Of a stretch of DNA of 64,000 bases, positions 1 to 13,650 are shown piece after piece. Origin of the DNA: the human T2T-CHM13v2.0 reference genome, Homo sapiens. The stretch lies in assembly GCF_009914755.1 (NCBI RefSeq), contig NC_060940.1; one strand, written 5' to 3'. Under the pieces are notes generated by a model, which searched no databases, had not been told where the DNA came from, and was given only the letters and a program-made list of their open reading frames with translations. The translations under genes were made by a program, and so were the position numbers. The number at the start of each line of letters is the position of its first letter. Positions within the stretch are counted from its first letter, which is position 1.

Positions 1-448
1 TCTTTGCTATGCCATATTCTATTAACTTTGTAACCTTGGGTTTGATCTTGGCTTTTTTGCTTATGAGTTCTTTGACTTTGGGCAGACTAGTTGGCCTCTC
101 TGAACTGAATTCCCTCAATTATAAATGTGACTAAAATATCTTACTTCTATAATAATAGTGTCTGATACATAGTACGTATAAAACAAACATTAATCCTTTC
201 CCTTTACTTCCCAAGTCACCTCCTTAGGTTGGGCCATGTCAGAACTTATTCCAGATTCATCCAGCATTGGAGAGCAAATTTGGTGTTGGATACTGCCACA
301 GGCCCTACTATACAGAAATGAAAAGAGCCTATTCCTCCTCCCAGGGGTCTTGTGGTTTAGTTCTCTGTAACTTGCAAAATGCTGTAAAAATGAAGAACAT
401 TATGTAATAATTCTTAGGAAGCAAACTTGCTGCTCAAGTAGCTTGGAA

Positions 449-618
449 CAATGTTTCCCAAACTTCACTGTGCACACCAATCACTTGGAGATCTTGGTAA
501 AATGCAGAGTCCAGTGCAGAAGGTCTGGGGAGGGGACTGATATCACATTTCTAACAAGCTTCCAGGCAATGCCCTGCTGCTGGTCCATGGACCATGGACT
601 GCACTTTGAGTAGTCAGG
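449..618. mobile_element. MER5-family hAT-Charlie MITE
   Basis: caatgtttcccaaactt...aatcacttggagatcttggtaaaatgcaga...tttctaacaagcttccagg...ggtccatggacca...ctttgagtag resembles the MER5A/B consensus. Confidence 0.8.
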
Positions 619-1294
619 GCTTGGAGTATAGCTTAGGAGACAAAGCAAACCCACAGGAATCTAATCCCTTGCTCTAAGCTCTTGCTTCCTGTTTTTGTTT
701 GAAGGGCTAGATTCCCATGAGCATTCAGGCCTGAGATGCTTGCTTTACAAATCTTTCTGCTTCTGCATGGTCAAAATTCCTTTAGTCCTGTCTTGTAGGC
801 CTGTGGTAATTTTCTTGGACAGTGTAGGTGACTAATGGAGAAATTGATCCAGATGTTCCCTGGAGAATACCAAGAAGCTGCCCCAAAGATCCATAGTTGC
901 AGGTTGTGCTTCTAGACCACAGAGGACTTTGGAGAGTTGGAAGGGACAATTGTAAGGTCATCTGGCCTAGCAACTACCCCACTGAGCTTAGTGTCACTGG
1001 ATTCCCATCAAGGACTTAAACCTTGGCTACGGGCTCATCTTTTAATTCCCTTCTTTGAATCTGAAATCAGTCCAATTGTCAATAGAATGGTGCAGGGTTT
1101 GGGTTTGCTTCCAGGTGACTTTTAATCTATATATGTTTGGTAAAACTATATTTGGAAAGAAAATCATTGAGGAACTGATAAATGGAAAGACTGTGAATGA
1201 GTAGAAGTGTAAAATGATAACGGGGTCTCCAATTTGCATTTAAAAGAAAATGTCTAAGCCTCAGCTCTCATGATGACGATGGTAATAATTGTAG

Positions 1295-1515
1295 CTTCTG
1301 TTGTTTGAGTATTTATTCTGTGCCAGGCCTGTGCCAGGAGCTTTACATATATTATGTAATTTAATACTAGGGAGATAGGTGCTTTTATTTTAAAGATGAG
1401 GAAATTCAGAAGCTAAACTAGATTAAGTGTTTTGCCCAAGGTCACACAGCTGGCAAGTAGCAGAAGTGAAATTTGAACTAAAGCAGTTTAGCTCCCGAAT
1501 ATTTGCTCCTAAACT
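1295..1515 (-). mobile_element. MIR SINE
   Basis: Reverse MIR core: ttttaaagatgaggaaattcag...ttgcccaaggtcacacagctggcaagtagcaga. Confidence 0.8.
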
Positions 1516-1702
1516 GTACTCCTGCCTCTTACTAGTCTAACATCCCATGTCCTGCCGAGAATCTCATCCAGCCTCTCCATCTACCACGCCAGGAACAGGC
1601 ATTTACTAACTCTCATGGAAGCTCATTTCATTGTGAACATAGTTTCCTTTGGTGGAAAATTATTTTCTCTTAACACGGCTTTGCCTTCAAGAGTGAACTG
1701 AA

Positions 1703-2265
1703 ATGACCCAACAATCCCATTCCTAAGGATATACCCAAGAAAATTAAAAACTTAGGTTTGCACAAAAACTTAGATATAAATGTTCATAGCAACATTATTC
1801 ATGATAGCAAAAACGTAGAATCAACCCAAATGTCTATCAATTGATAAATGGATTAAAAGAAGATCTGTCCATACAATGGAATATTTAGTCACAAAAAGGA
1901 ATGAAGTACTGTTACATACTACCCATGAATGAATCTCAAAAACATTATGCGGAACGAAGAAAGCATTTCTTCATCCAGTCCCAAAAGACCACCTCTTATA
2001 TGATTCCATTGACATGAAATGTCTAGGATAGGCAAATTTATAGAAACAGAAAGTTGATCAGTGGTTTCCAGGGGCACTAGAAAGAGGAAGGAATATAGAG
2101 TTACTGATGATGGGTATGAGATTTCCTTTTGGGGTGATCAAAATGTTCTAGAATTAGATAATTGTGATTGTTGTACAACTTTGTGAATATAATAAGAACC
2201 ACTGAATTGAACACTTTAAATGGTGAATTTTATGACATATGAACTATATCACAATAAAAAATAAT
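1703..2265 (+). mobile_element. Old L1 (L1MB-like) 3' end
   Basis: atgacccaacaatcccattcctaagg...aatgttcatagcaacattattc...aacccaaatgtctatc; L1M 3' UTR ending in aataaaaaataa. Confidence 0.85.
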
Positions 2266-2763
2266 TTAGATAAAGTAATCCTTCATTCTGGGTTTGAAAG
2301 AAAGGATTAAACCAAACAGATCTACAGATATTTGAAGCTGGCTGGTTTGTCTCTAATGCATTCTCTTCTCTAAGATAAACAGTGCTGATTCCTTCAACCA
2401 TCTCTCTTATGATGTGAAATTGAGTCCTGGTCTGAACTGATTTCTTTCTTCCCCAAATGTCCCAGGTTGACAATGCTATTCTTGTGATTCCCCTCCCTGA
2501 GCCAAAACACTGCTCCAAGTACAGTCCCATTGGGTTGGAGTAGAACAGAATCTACCTTTACCTTCATGATGTCATGATATGATCACCCAATGTCATTGCC
2601 ATTCATGGATTGGACATTTTCATTTTGGGATGATTATAGTCCATGATTTTTTTTTCCCTGATAAACATAAAAAGCGTAGATTTTGTTTTCTTTAGGAGAA
2701 GATAATTTGAGTACTGCACTGAAAATTTTAAAAAATTCAAAAAGAACAAACTGTTACACTATT

Positions 2764-3272
2764 TGGTAGATTGCAAAAATAGCTACAATTCTCAACTCTT
2801 CCATAATGCATGCCCTTGCTCATGTGACTTTGAAGCTCCTTCCATCAAGAGGTAAAGCTGTGTACCTATCTCTTGAATCTAGGCTGGGCTTGTGATTTGT
2901 TTGTGCAAAAGAATGTGACATATGTGATGTTGTGCCAGTTTTGAGCATAAGCTTCAAGAAATCTTCATGCTCTAGGTAGCTGTGCTGCCCAGTTGGTGTG
3001 GGAACAAATTCAAGCTTGCCTGCTGGAGAATGAGATACAGGCTATCCAGTTGCCCCATTGTGCCAGTTGATGGCCAGCCAACACGCCACAGCAGATCCTC
3101 TAAGCTGACTAGTCATTAGCCACAGATGCATGAGGGACCCCATCGGAGACCAGAAGAACCACCCAGTTTAAACCAGGCCAAATTGTCAACCCACAGAAAT
3201 ATGAGCTAAACAAATGATTGTTGTTTTAGGCCTTAGGTTTTGGGAATGTTAATTATGCAACAAAACCTAAAT
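2764..3272 (+). mobile_element. MLT1-family (ERVL-MaLR) solo LTR
   Basis: tggtagattgcaaaaatagctac...cccttgctcatgtgact...ccatcaagagg...tgttgttttaggcc...gttttggg...ttatgcaaca. Confidence 0.75.
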
Positions 3273-4125
3273 GAGGTGTTCCACTTCTGGCTAGGATGTA
3301 GGGAGATATGAAGGACCTTTATCCCCCAAAACACAACCACAAATCACTAGGCAAACAATAACAACTAAATCATACTTAAAAAAAAAAAGCCCTCAAAGAG
3401 CTATGGACGTAAAGAAATCTAAAAGGACAACTTCAGAGGGAGGAGCTACCACTAGACACAGTGTTTAGCATGAAGTACAGGTATACCTTGGAGGCATTGT
3501 GAGTTCCGTTCCAGACCACTGCGATAAAGCAAATGGCACAACTAGTCACACAAATATTTTCGGTTTCCCAGTGCATATAAAAGTTATGTTTGCATTAAAT
3601 TGTAGTTTATTAAGTGTACAATAGCATTATGTCTAAAAATGTGTATAACTTAATTTAAAATACTTTATTATTAAACATTCTAACAATCATCTGAGCCTTC
3701 AGTGCGCTCTAAAAGTTTTGCTGATGAAGATTATTGCCTCAACGTTGATGACTGCTGACTGATTGGGGTAGGAGTTGCTGAAGGCTGAGGTAGCTGTGGA
3801 AATTTTTCAAAGTAACATGATGAAGTTTGCCATATGAATTGACTCTTCCATTCACAGCAGCATGCAATGCTGTCTGATAACATATTACCTACAGTAGAAC
3901 CTCTTTCAAAATTAGAGTGAATTAGAGTAATGCCACAGCTTTAACAGCTAAGTTTATGTAATATTCTAAATCCTTTGTTGTCATCTTGACAGTGTTCACA
4001 GTATCTTCACCAGGATTAGATTCCACCTCAAGAAACCAGTCTTTGCTCATTCATAGAAAGCAACTCCTCAACTGTTAAGTTTTATCATGAAATTGCAGTA
4101 ATTCAGTCATGTCTTCAGTCTTCAC

Positions 4126-4445
<320 letters not shown>

Positions 4446-4548
4446 GAGGCTCCACTTCTAATTCTCTTACTATTTCTACCACATCTGCGGTTCTTTCCTC
4501 CACTGAAGTCTTAAACCTTTTAACATCATCTATGAGGGTTGGAATCAA

Positions 4549-4549
<1 letters not shown>

Positions 4550-4603
<54 letters not shown>

Positions 4604-4666
4604 GCTTTCTTGCTTTCTTGCTTTCTTGCTTTCTTGCTTTCTTGCTTTCTTGCTTTCTTGCTTTCT

Positions 4667-4706
<40 letters not shown>

Positions 4707-4785
4707 TTCTTTCTTTCTTTCTTTCTTTTTCTTTCTCTCTTTCTCTTTCTCTCTTTTCTTTCCTTTCTCTCCTTTCTTTCTTTTT
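4550..4785 (+). repeat. Compound microsatellite (TTTC)n-(TTTCTTGC)n-(TTTC)n-(TC)n
   Basis: Read directly; occupies the tail position of the Alu at 4786-5063. Confidence 0.97.
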
Positions 4786-5063
4786 GAGACAGGGTCTTGC
4801 TCTGTTGCCCAGGCTGAAGTGCAGTGGCCTGATCTCAGCTAACTGCAACCTCTGCCTCCTGAGTTCAGGTGATCCTCCTGCCTCTGCCTCCTGAGTAGCT
4901 GGGACTACAGGCACATGCCACCACACTCAGCTAATTTTTGTATTTTTAGTAGAGACGGCGTTTTACCATGTTGGCCAGGCTGGTCTCGAACTCCTGACCT
5001 CAAGTGATCTGCCTGCCTCGGCCTCCCAAAGTGTTGGAATTACAGGTGTGAGCCATGACACCA
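4786..5063 (-). mobile_element. Alu (AluS-type) inserted in Tigger1
   Basis: Reverse Alu body; TSD gaatcaactt at 4542-4551 and 5064-5073 brackets the Alu plus the microsatellite. Confidence 0.95.
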
Positions 5064-5487
5064 GAATCAACTTCTTTCAAACTCTTGTTAATGTTGTTAT
5101 TTTGACCTCCTTCCATGAACAATGGATGTTCTTAATGGCAACTAGAATGGTGAATCCATTCCAGAAGGTTTTCAGTTTGCTTTGTTCAAATCTGTCAGAG
5201 GAATCACTATGTATGACAGCTATAGCCTTCTACAACATATTTCTTAAATAATAAGACTTGAAGTATTACTCCTTGATGGCTGTAGAATAGATGTTGTGTT
5301 AGCAGACCTGAGAACAATATTAATCTCCGTATACATCCTCATCAGAACTGATGGGTAACTAGATGCATTGTAAATGAGCAGTAATGTTTTGCAGGAAATC
5401 TATTTTTCCAAGCAGTAGGCCTTAACAGTGGGCTTAAAATACTCAGTAAACTGTGATATAAACAGATGTGCTATCTTTCAGGCTTTG

Positions 5488-6052
5488 TTATTCCGTTATA
5501 GAGCACAGACAGAATAGAGTTAGCATAATTCTTAAGGGTTCTAGGATTTTCAGAATGATCCATAAAATTGACTTCAACTTAAAGTCACCAGCCGCATTAG
5601 TCTCTAACAAGAGAGTCAGCCTATACTTTGAAGCTTTGCAGCCAGGCATTGACTTCTCCTTAGCTATAAAAGTCCTAGATGGCATCTTCTTCTAATAGTT
5701 GTTTTGTCTACTTGGAAAATGTGTTGTTCAGTGCCACTGTCATCAGTTATCTTAGCTAGATCTTCTGGATGACTTGCTGCAGCCTCTGCATCAGCACTTT
5801 CTGCTTTACCTTGCACTTTTATATCATGGAGACTGAGTGTCTTTCCTTAATCCTCATGAACCAACCTCTGCTAGCTTTAAGCTTTTCTTCTGTAGATTCC
5901 TCACCTCTCTCAGCCTTCACAGAATTGAAGAGGTAAGGCTTGCTCTGGATGAGGCTTTGGCTTAAGGGAGTGTTGTAGCTTCCTGGAGCTTCTATCCAGA
6001 CTACTCCAACTTTCTGTATATCAGCAATAAAAATGTTTAGCTTTCTTATCAT
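5488..6052 (-). pseudogene. Decayed Tigger1 transposase coding remnant (CENP-B-type HTH to start of DDE domain)
   Basis: ORF 5819..6052 (MIRK...[10 protein letters not shown]...[12 protein letters not shown]...ASRGWFMR) and ORF 5488..5685 (MPSRTFIA...KSMPG...[15 protein letters not shown]) resemble Tigger1 transposase, broken by stops and frameshifts. Confidence 0.88.
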
Positions 6053-7124
6053 TTATGTGTTCACTGAAGCAGCACTTTTATTATTCTCCAAGAACTATTC
6101 CTTTGCATTGACAAGTTGGCTAACTGTTTGGCAGAAGAGATCTAGCAGCACCAAGACTTGAAGACAGGTCTATAGAGCTTCAAACTGAAGCAACAGAAGG
6201 AAAAAAGAAAAATGAAAGTTTAACAGAACTTCAAAGGCAGTGTTAAATGGTGAAGCAAACTTTTTTTCAGAGTGTCTGTTGGAGAGAATGACAGATAAAT
6301 ATGTGAAAAAATATGGACTGAAATTTTCAAAATTGGATCAAAAATAGTAACCCATTGCTATAAGAAAAGCTCAGAGAGCCCCAAGTAGGATAAAAAGAAA
6401 AAAACAAAACCTGAAACAAAACTACATTATAGTCAAGTTGACAAAAAGAAAAGCTAAGGAGAAAATGTTAAAATCAGCTAGAGGAGAAATCAATGCACAT
6501 TGGATACACAGGGGAACAATATAAGAATGGAAACTGACTTCTCATTGGATACAATGGAGACCAAAGACAATGGAATATCTTTAGTCTCCATTGAATTTTT
6601 TTTTTTTTTTACTTTTTAAAGAATTGAAAGAAAATAAAAAAATCTCAACATAGAATTCTGCATCCAGCATTAATATACTTAATAATGAAGTCAAATTAAA
6701 GACATTTTTAAATGAGGAAGAGTTGAAAGAATGTTTTGCCAGCATATTTGCACTGCAGGAAATGCTGAAAGATGTTCTTCAAGCTAAGGGGAAATGATAA
6801 CAGAAGGGAACCCAGGTCTACAATAAAAACTGAAGACCCTGAGAAAGCATAACTATTTAGGCAAGCCAAAAATCTAATTTTAGAAATTATTTTTTTAATG
6901 CATATCCATCATATAGTTAAACTATAAAAGACTACTGGATGTTTAATGCAAAAATAATAATTATGTAGAATCTCTAATGTAAGTGGAAGAAAAGGATATG
7001 TGAAAATAGCACAAAGGATGAAAACGGATAAATTATGCTATCGTAAGAGTGCCCCATTGTGCATGAAATGCCATAGTATTATTTTAAGTTAGACCGTGAT
7101 AAGTTAACCTTACATATTAGAGTG

Positions 7125-7560
7125 TACTGCTTAATAGAGTATCTACTGGCCATCTGTGGCAATTAAGCCCTTGAAATGTGGCTGGTGATACTGAGGAAGT
7201 ACATTTATAATTTTAATTAATTTAAATTTATGTTAAAAACTGACACAGTGTAACTATCCTCTGTTGAAACACAATGTGGTTGCTCTGGTAGGCCTATCTT
7301 TAACTTTAACTGTTGTGATATGCTGTAGGTATAAAATTTATGTCAAATTGCAAAGACAATGTAAATGTACTTTTAGAAGACAAAATATCTCATTAATACT
7401 TTTATATTTGTTACATATTGAAATGATAATATTTTGGGTATATTGGGTTAAATGAAATACATTATCAAATTAATATCATCTGTTTTTTAAACTTTGCTAG
7501 GAAGTTTAGATATTCTGTAAATATATATATGTGGGTCACATTGTAATTAGGCAGCATTGC
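7125..7560. mobile_element. hAT-Charlie element (MER33/Charlie5/MER3-like)
   Basis: cttgaaatgtggctggtgatactgaggaa...acatattgaaatgataatattttgggtatattgggttaaat. Confidence 0.7.
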
Positions 7561-7896
7561 TCTAGAGGATTACTAAAATTATAGCATGAAATGATATAAC
7601 TAAATAGTCAAATAAAGGAGAGAAATTGGAATGCTAAAAAATACCCATTTTTTCCAAAATAATGGAGGAAAAAAGGAACAAAGGAACAGTTGGAATAAAC
7701 GGAGTAAATGAAATTAATGGAAAACAAATACCCAAATGATGAACTTAAACATAATTTTACCACAAGCTGCATGAAATATAAATAAATAAAATACTTCATT
7801 TTGTCAGATTGGATAAAATGTGAGACTAACCAGTATGCCATTCGTGAGAGAAACAGTTTAAAGACACAGAATTAAGGCAACAGGATGGAAGATGAT

Positions 7897-8263
7897 TGTA
7901 TTAGTCTGTTTTCACACTGCTATAACGAAATACCTGAGACTGGGTAATTTATAAGGAAAAGAAGTTTAATCAACTCACAGTTCTATATGGCTGGGGAGGC
8001 CTCAGGAAACTTACAGTCATGACAGAAGTGGAAGAAAACATGTCCTTCTTCACAAGGTGGAAGGGGAGAGAAGCGCAGAGTGAAGGGGAAAGAGCCCCTT
8101 ATAAAACCATCAGATCTCATGAGAACTCACTCACTATCAGGAGAACAGCATGGGGGAAACCACCCTGCTGATCCAATCACCTCCTACAAGGCTCCTCCCC
8201 CAACATGTAGAGACTACAATTCGAATTACAATTCAAGATGAAATTTGGGTGAGGACACAGCCA
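7897..8263 (-). mobile_element. MSTA/THE1D-like MaLR solo LTR
   Basis: tgtattagtctgttttcacactgctataa...gaggcctcaggaaacttaca...gagaacagcatggggg...attcaagatgaaatttgggtg. Confidence 0.9.
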
Positions 8264-8899
8264 GTTGATAGCAAGCTTAAGAAAACTGATGTGGTTATAT
8301 ATAAATAGTAGACAAAATAGACATCAAAACAGAGAAGAAGTAACAGAAATAAAGAAGTGTACTTCATATTAGTCAGTTTGTCAGGAAGATAACACAGTTC
8401 CCATATTTGTAGGCACGTAGTAAAAGAGCTACAAACTACATAAAGCAACAAATTATCTAAGTAAAGTGATATATAGAAAAATCCCGAATCACACTGGGAC
8501 CTATTATCATTGTATTTTCAGTAATTTATAGAAAAGTAGAATAAGTAAACTTCACAAATGCTGTAAGAGAAGTGATGTAGAATGAAGAGGGATGGAATTT
8601 GCAAATTGAGATATTCTCAGAGGTCACCAGCCACTATCATTTTAAAATTCTAAGGACTTATTTTGTTAGTGTAACTTACATTGTTTTAGCTTTTGTGATA
8701 ATTGCATATTGATCTTAAGCTTTTATGATCAGCAAATATTTCTAATTTCTTTTTCCATGTGCTCTGTTAAACCATATTTGTACCAATTATATTGGGGAAA
8801 ACAGTTTGAAAAGAACAAATTTTGTTATTACTATTTGCAGTTTGGATTATATTTTTCCTGATTAGTGTCTGTGTACTTAAATATAAGTATCTAGAAATA

Positions 8900-9520
8900 A
8901 TTTATAAATATAATTCCTCAATACCCTTTTAATGCTTACAGAATATCTTAGAGATCTTTTAATGTGACTATACAATGATGTATCGCCATTTTATTGTATC
9001 TCCTAGTGTGGATGCTTTATAATTTGCTTAGCAATTTATCTGTAATTGGATCATTAGGTTATTTCTAGATTTTCACAGTAACAAACAATGTTGCAATGAA
9101 AATGCGTTTCGCACTTTTTTACATAGGTATATGTATTTTTCCCTAGGGTTGATCGCAGCAGAGTGGAATGGTATATACAATTTAAAGTTTCTTACTTATG
9201 CCCAAATTTTTTCACAAAACTACTTTAAAAATTTGTGCTCCTATAAATAGAGTGCAAGAACAACATCAACCTTTTCCTAATCTTACGGTGATTTGGGACA
9301 TTTTTTCATGTATTTGCAGGCTGTTTGATTGAATGCCCTTTTCTGTGAATTACTTGTTCTTATCCTTTGCTCACTTTTCTATTGCATTGCTTGCCTTTTT
9401 CTTATTCATTTGAGGGAGATTTTTAAATGTGCATTTGATAATCAACCTTTGTTGTATGCATGAGGAATATTTTCTCCATGCCTGTTTCTTGTCCTTAACA
9501 TATTTATTAGAAATTTCATG
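8900..9520 (-). mobile_element. Old L1M fragment
   Basis: Reverse L1 ORF2/3' sequence (ttctgtgaattacttgttcttatcctttgctcacttttctattg). Confidence 0.65.
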
Positions 9521-10644
9521 TTGGTAGTGTCGTCGTTGCCCTGTATCTTTTCAGCTTTGTCTCCCGTGACTGCTCATGGGATTTTCTGAGCACTTGCGTG
9601 TAGAAGGTGCTCAGAAAGCAAATGGCTTTCTCTGGGCATCCCCTTGCTTCTTTGCACCATGTGTTAAAGGCAAATGTTGGCTGAGTTGAGTCAGTGTTTC
9701 TGCATTTAGTGATGTTTTAATTAGAGCAATTGGCTTGACTCAAGCCTGTTGACATCTGCTGATTGCTGGCTGGTCAGTAACATTTACCATAGAAAGTGAT
9801 GGCCATGGATCCCCTTCCCTCCTCTGGGAGGGGTGGATGCCCAGTCTTTCCAGCTCTGTGTGGCATCCTCAAGCTCTGACAGTTGTTGGCTCCATGCAGT
9901 CCTCACTAACTAGAGACTCGGGTTCATCTGCCTGTTCTACCCCACATGGATCCCTTTAAAAGAGAGTGACCATCAGAACTTGGCACCTTGGGATACCAAT
10001 TTTAGCTTTTGGCAGAAGTCTCAGAAAGTCTTAGTCTTTAAAACTAAGTGGTCTTCTTGGAAAGATCTCAAACTTGGCCCTGTTGGACACTGCAGACACA
10101 TACAAAACAACTGTTTGTTCAAACAGAAAATGGGGAAACATTACAGAATCTGAAATATGCCGCTATTTAATTTCTAAAATATTTTTATATACAATAAATT
10201 CATGAACACATGCTCATGTTAAAAGGTAACACCAGAATGAAAAAGAAGTCTCATGCCATTCTTGCCTCATCAAGCCTATGCCTCTCTCCAGATGTAACCA
10301 CAGGTCAAAGTCAGGTCGCATCTTTCTAGACACAAGTGCTCTTTAAACAGTGCTCATGTTATACCTATTGTTCTGTAGCTTCATGCTTCACACTTCTTTC
10401 ATGTGGTCTTTCATAAGTGACTTACATTTCCATGCATTAGACCTTTCCCTTGCCATCTGGGGATGGGTTTAGTCAGAGGGACAGGCCAGTCACAGGTGTC
10501 ACATACTATAGTGTGTGCAATGTGGAGGGAAGCAGGGGATGGCAAGAGATATATAACCTTTGGCTGAGAAGAGAAGTGGGACAGTGAGGACCTCCTCGAG
10601 CAACTGACATATGGGTGATCCCTGACAGACATATGGGAAGTGGT

Positions 10645-11167
10645 TGTGGTAGGCTGATCACGGGTTCCACAAAAGATACCCAGGTGCTAACCCCTCAGAA
10701 CTTGTGAATGTTACCGTATATGGCAAGAAGGGCTTGCAGTTGTGATTAAATAAGGATCTTGAGATGGGGAGGTTATCCTGGATTACCTACATGCAATCAC
10801 AAGTGTCCTTATAAGAAGAAGAAGGGAGATTTGAGATAAAAGAAGGGAATGTGACCACTGAAGCAAAATGCTTGGCTACTTTGAAGATGGAGGAAGGGAC
10901 CAGGAGCCAAGGAATGCAAAGGATGCTGCTCTAAAATTTGGAAAAGGCAAAAAAGAAAAAGAAAGAAAGAGAGAAAGGGAGGAAGGGAGGAAGGAAGGGA
11001 GGAAGGAAGGAAGGAAGGAGTCTTCGAGCTTCTGGCGAGAACACAGCCCTGCCAACACCTTCGTTTCAGCCCGGTGAAACCAGTTCTTCCAGAACTGTAA
11101 GAAAATACGTAAATACACAAGCCATCACATTTGTTGTCACTGGCTAGAGTGGCTTGGAAACTAATAA
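10645..11167 (+). mobile_element. MLT1C/D-like MaLR solo LTR with internal GA-rich/(GGAA)n tract (~10945-11020)
   Basis: tgtggtaggctga...gtgaatgttacc...gatcttgagatggggaggttatcctggattac...cacagccctgccaacacctt...ggaaactaata. Confidence 0.88.
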
Positions 11168-11503
11168 TAGCCAAGTAGAGAAATTCATTTAAAAGAATAA
11201 TCCTGTAAGTTTTCTGGTAAGAGAACAGGAACTACTCTTTAACACGTGTTGGAGCAAAGTGAGGGATAAAGCAAAGAGACTGTAGACTGGCGATGTAAAC
11301 AGGGGCCAGATCACACAGAGCCTGCAGGGCACACCCAGCAGGTTTATCTTCTATTGACAGCAACAGGGAGCAAGAGAAGGCTTTTGAGCAGGGGAACAAG
11401 CAGACTGTAGTATTGGGGAGATCACCAGTAGACTCTCCTTGAGGCTGTTACAAAAGAAGAAACAGAATTTGGTCACCTAGATGGCAACTCTTGGTTTTCC
11501 TAC

Positions 11504-11685
11504 TTTTTTTTTGTTTGTTTGTTTTTTTTTTTTTTTTGAGACAGAGTCTTAATGTGTCACCCTGGCTGGAGTGCAGTGGTGCGATCTCGGCTCACTGCAA
11601 CACCTGCCTCCCAGGCTCAAGCGATTCTCATGCCTCAGCCTCCTGAGTAGCTGAGACTACAGGTGCATGCCACCAGGCCTAGCTA

Positions 11686-11733
<48 letters not shown>

Positions 11734-11873
11734 TGTGTGTGTGTGTATTTTTAGTAGAGATGGGGTTTTGCCACATTGCCCAGGCTGATCTCGAACTCCT
11801 GAGCTCAGGGCAGTCTGCCTGCCTCAGCCTCCCAAGGTATTAGGATTACAGGTGTGAGCCATTGTGCTTGGCC
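11504..11873 (-). mobile_element. Alu with a (TG)n microsatellite (~11687-11747) in the middle linker
   Basis: Reverse Alu; TSD ttttcctac at 11495-11503 and 11876-11884. Confidence 0.95.
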
Positions 11874-11965
11874 CATTTTCCTACCTTTTTACTCCCATTG
11901 CATTAAACGTTTCCCCATTCCATCCAAAACTGAGTTCCCTCTCCATCCTAAAAAGAACTGAGCTC

Positions 11966-12307
<342 letters not shown>

Positions 12308-13089
12308 CTAGTTTCAAGGCTGTGGGTAGGTCATTCCTTTTTGGGTTTCCAGGGTGGCTGTTTGAGTAGTAGTAAAAAGAGGGAGCTTTCTGAGCTGGCT
12401 GTGGACCAAAGCAGGCTAGAAAGAGGCAACAGAGTTGAAAGCACTTTACTTCATCTAATCTAGACCCATGATGTCCCTGAGCCAGCTGCTGACTGAGGAC
12501 AAGGGGGTAGAGAGACATGTCCCCATTCCCAAGGCCCAGAGGATGGCAGTCTATCACTGGTGCTCAGACTCCCTTTCAGGGCTGGAGTCCTGAATAGAAA
12601 AAGCACTCCAGGTATCACTGTTCTGTAAGAATTGTAGTTTTGCCCCTAGGAAATTTCTGAATCTCTATGATTAAAGCAGACAGTCACCAAATCACTCTGT
12701 AGGGGAGAAAGATAAAGATAGCCTTCAGGGTTAGGTAAAATAATAAAAATACACTTGAGTGGGAGGCCTGTCAAGGTGATAGGAGATTTTCTGTTCTCAC
12801 TTTAACAGTAGCTGTTGACAAGAGGAGGCAGGACTGTGGGACATGGGAGGCTTTCTATTATTGGGGCTGCTCTCTCAAAAGGAGGTGGGAGTCACCATGA
12901 GTCAGCAGGGCTGTTATTGTGGTGACAGAGTCAATGGGTTTCCTATGCCTTTGAAGTCCTCCATCCCATTTATCCTTGGACCAACACATCCTACCTAAGA
13001 AGTCATCAAGAGCATTGCTGAACAGAGACCACCACGCTGCGTCTACTCCAGAGAGCAATAGCTCAGTAGACATGGGTGTTTATGATTAC

Positions 13090-13650
13090 TGTAGTAGCCA
13101 TCAATTCATTCTGCCTATATAGAATCATCCTCCCATTCCCCACCCCCACCCAATAATAGCACACTGTGTTTTCCTGCAGATTCACCTCTTCCCCACTCTC
13201 AATGTGTATGACTTGGTGGTTGGCCTCCACCTCTAGATTTTACTGTGGAACTGAGACTAAAGCCAGGGCCACTGGAGTATGCTATCACTGAAGCTTAGAG
13301 ATTTCTTCAAGCATTGGCAAGTGACTTGAGGTGATCCAAACAGGACCATGTACAGCTTTTGCTGCAACTTACGGAAAATAAGCACACTGCTCTTTGGGGA
13401 GTACTGAAAGGACAGGATGTACATTCGGAGCAGCTGCTGGCCATCTTGCCCCAACAAGGAGAGAGCCTGGCTGAGACTAGAACCAAGATCCAAGAAAGAT
13501 TAATGAAGACGTGAAGATCTAGATTTTGGATGAATCCCATCTAAACACCTGGATCTAACTATGCCTGAAGCTTGATACTCCCAGTAATCTCTATTTTGTT
13601 TAAGTCAATTTGAGTTGAATTTCCTTCCCCTGCAATTGTAGGAGACTGCT
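13090..13650 (+). mobile_element. Old MLT1 (J/K-like) solo LTR
   Basis: cctggatctaactatgcctgaagc...tttgtttaagtcaatttgagttg resembles the MLT1 3' end. Confidence 0.6.

Larger units (their letters stand above)
6150..8530 (+). mobile_element. Old L1M remnant (ORF1, inter-ORF, start of ORF2), interrupted by a hAT MITE and an MST LTR
   Basis: A-rich L1 ORF1-like motifs (agctcagagagccccaagtaggataaa; ctgacttctca; agaattctgcatccagc; attaaagacattttt) and ORF2-endonuclease-like sequence after ~7790. Confidence 0.7.

Noticed and set aside
581-594. Perfect 14-bp palindrome tggtccatggacca
   Set aside because: Lies within a MER5 element whose consensus is already near-palindromic here
5488-6052. Possible domesticated TIGD-like gene
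   Set aside because: The frame is broken by stops and frameshifts and the element carries Alu insertions; an ordinary decayed Tigger1
6552-6610. Stem-loop plus T-run resembling a Rho-independent terminator
   Set aside because: Primate nuclear DNA inside an L1; the bacterial mechanism does not apply
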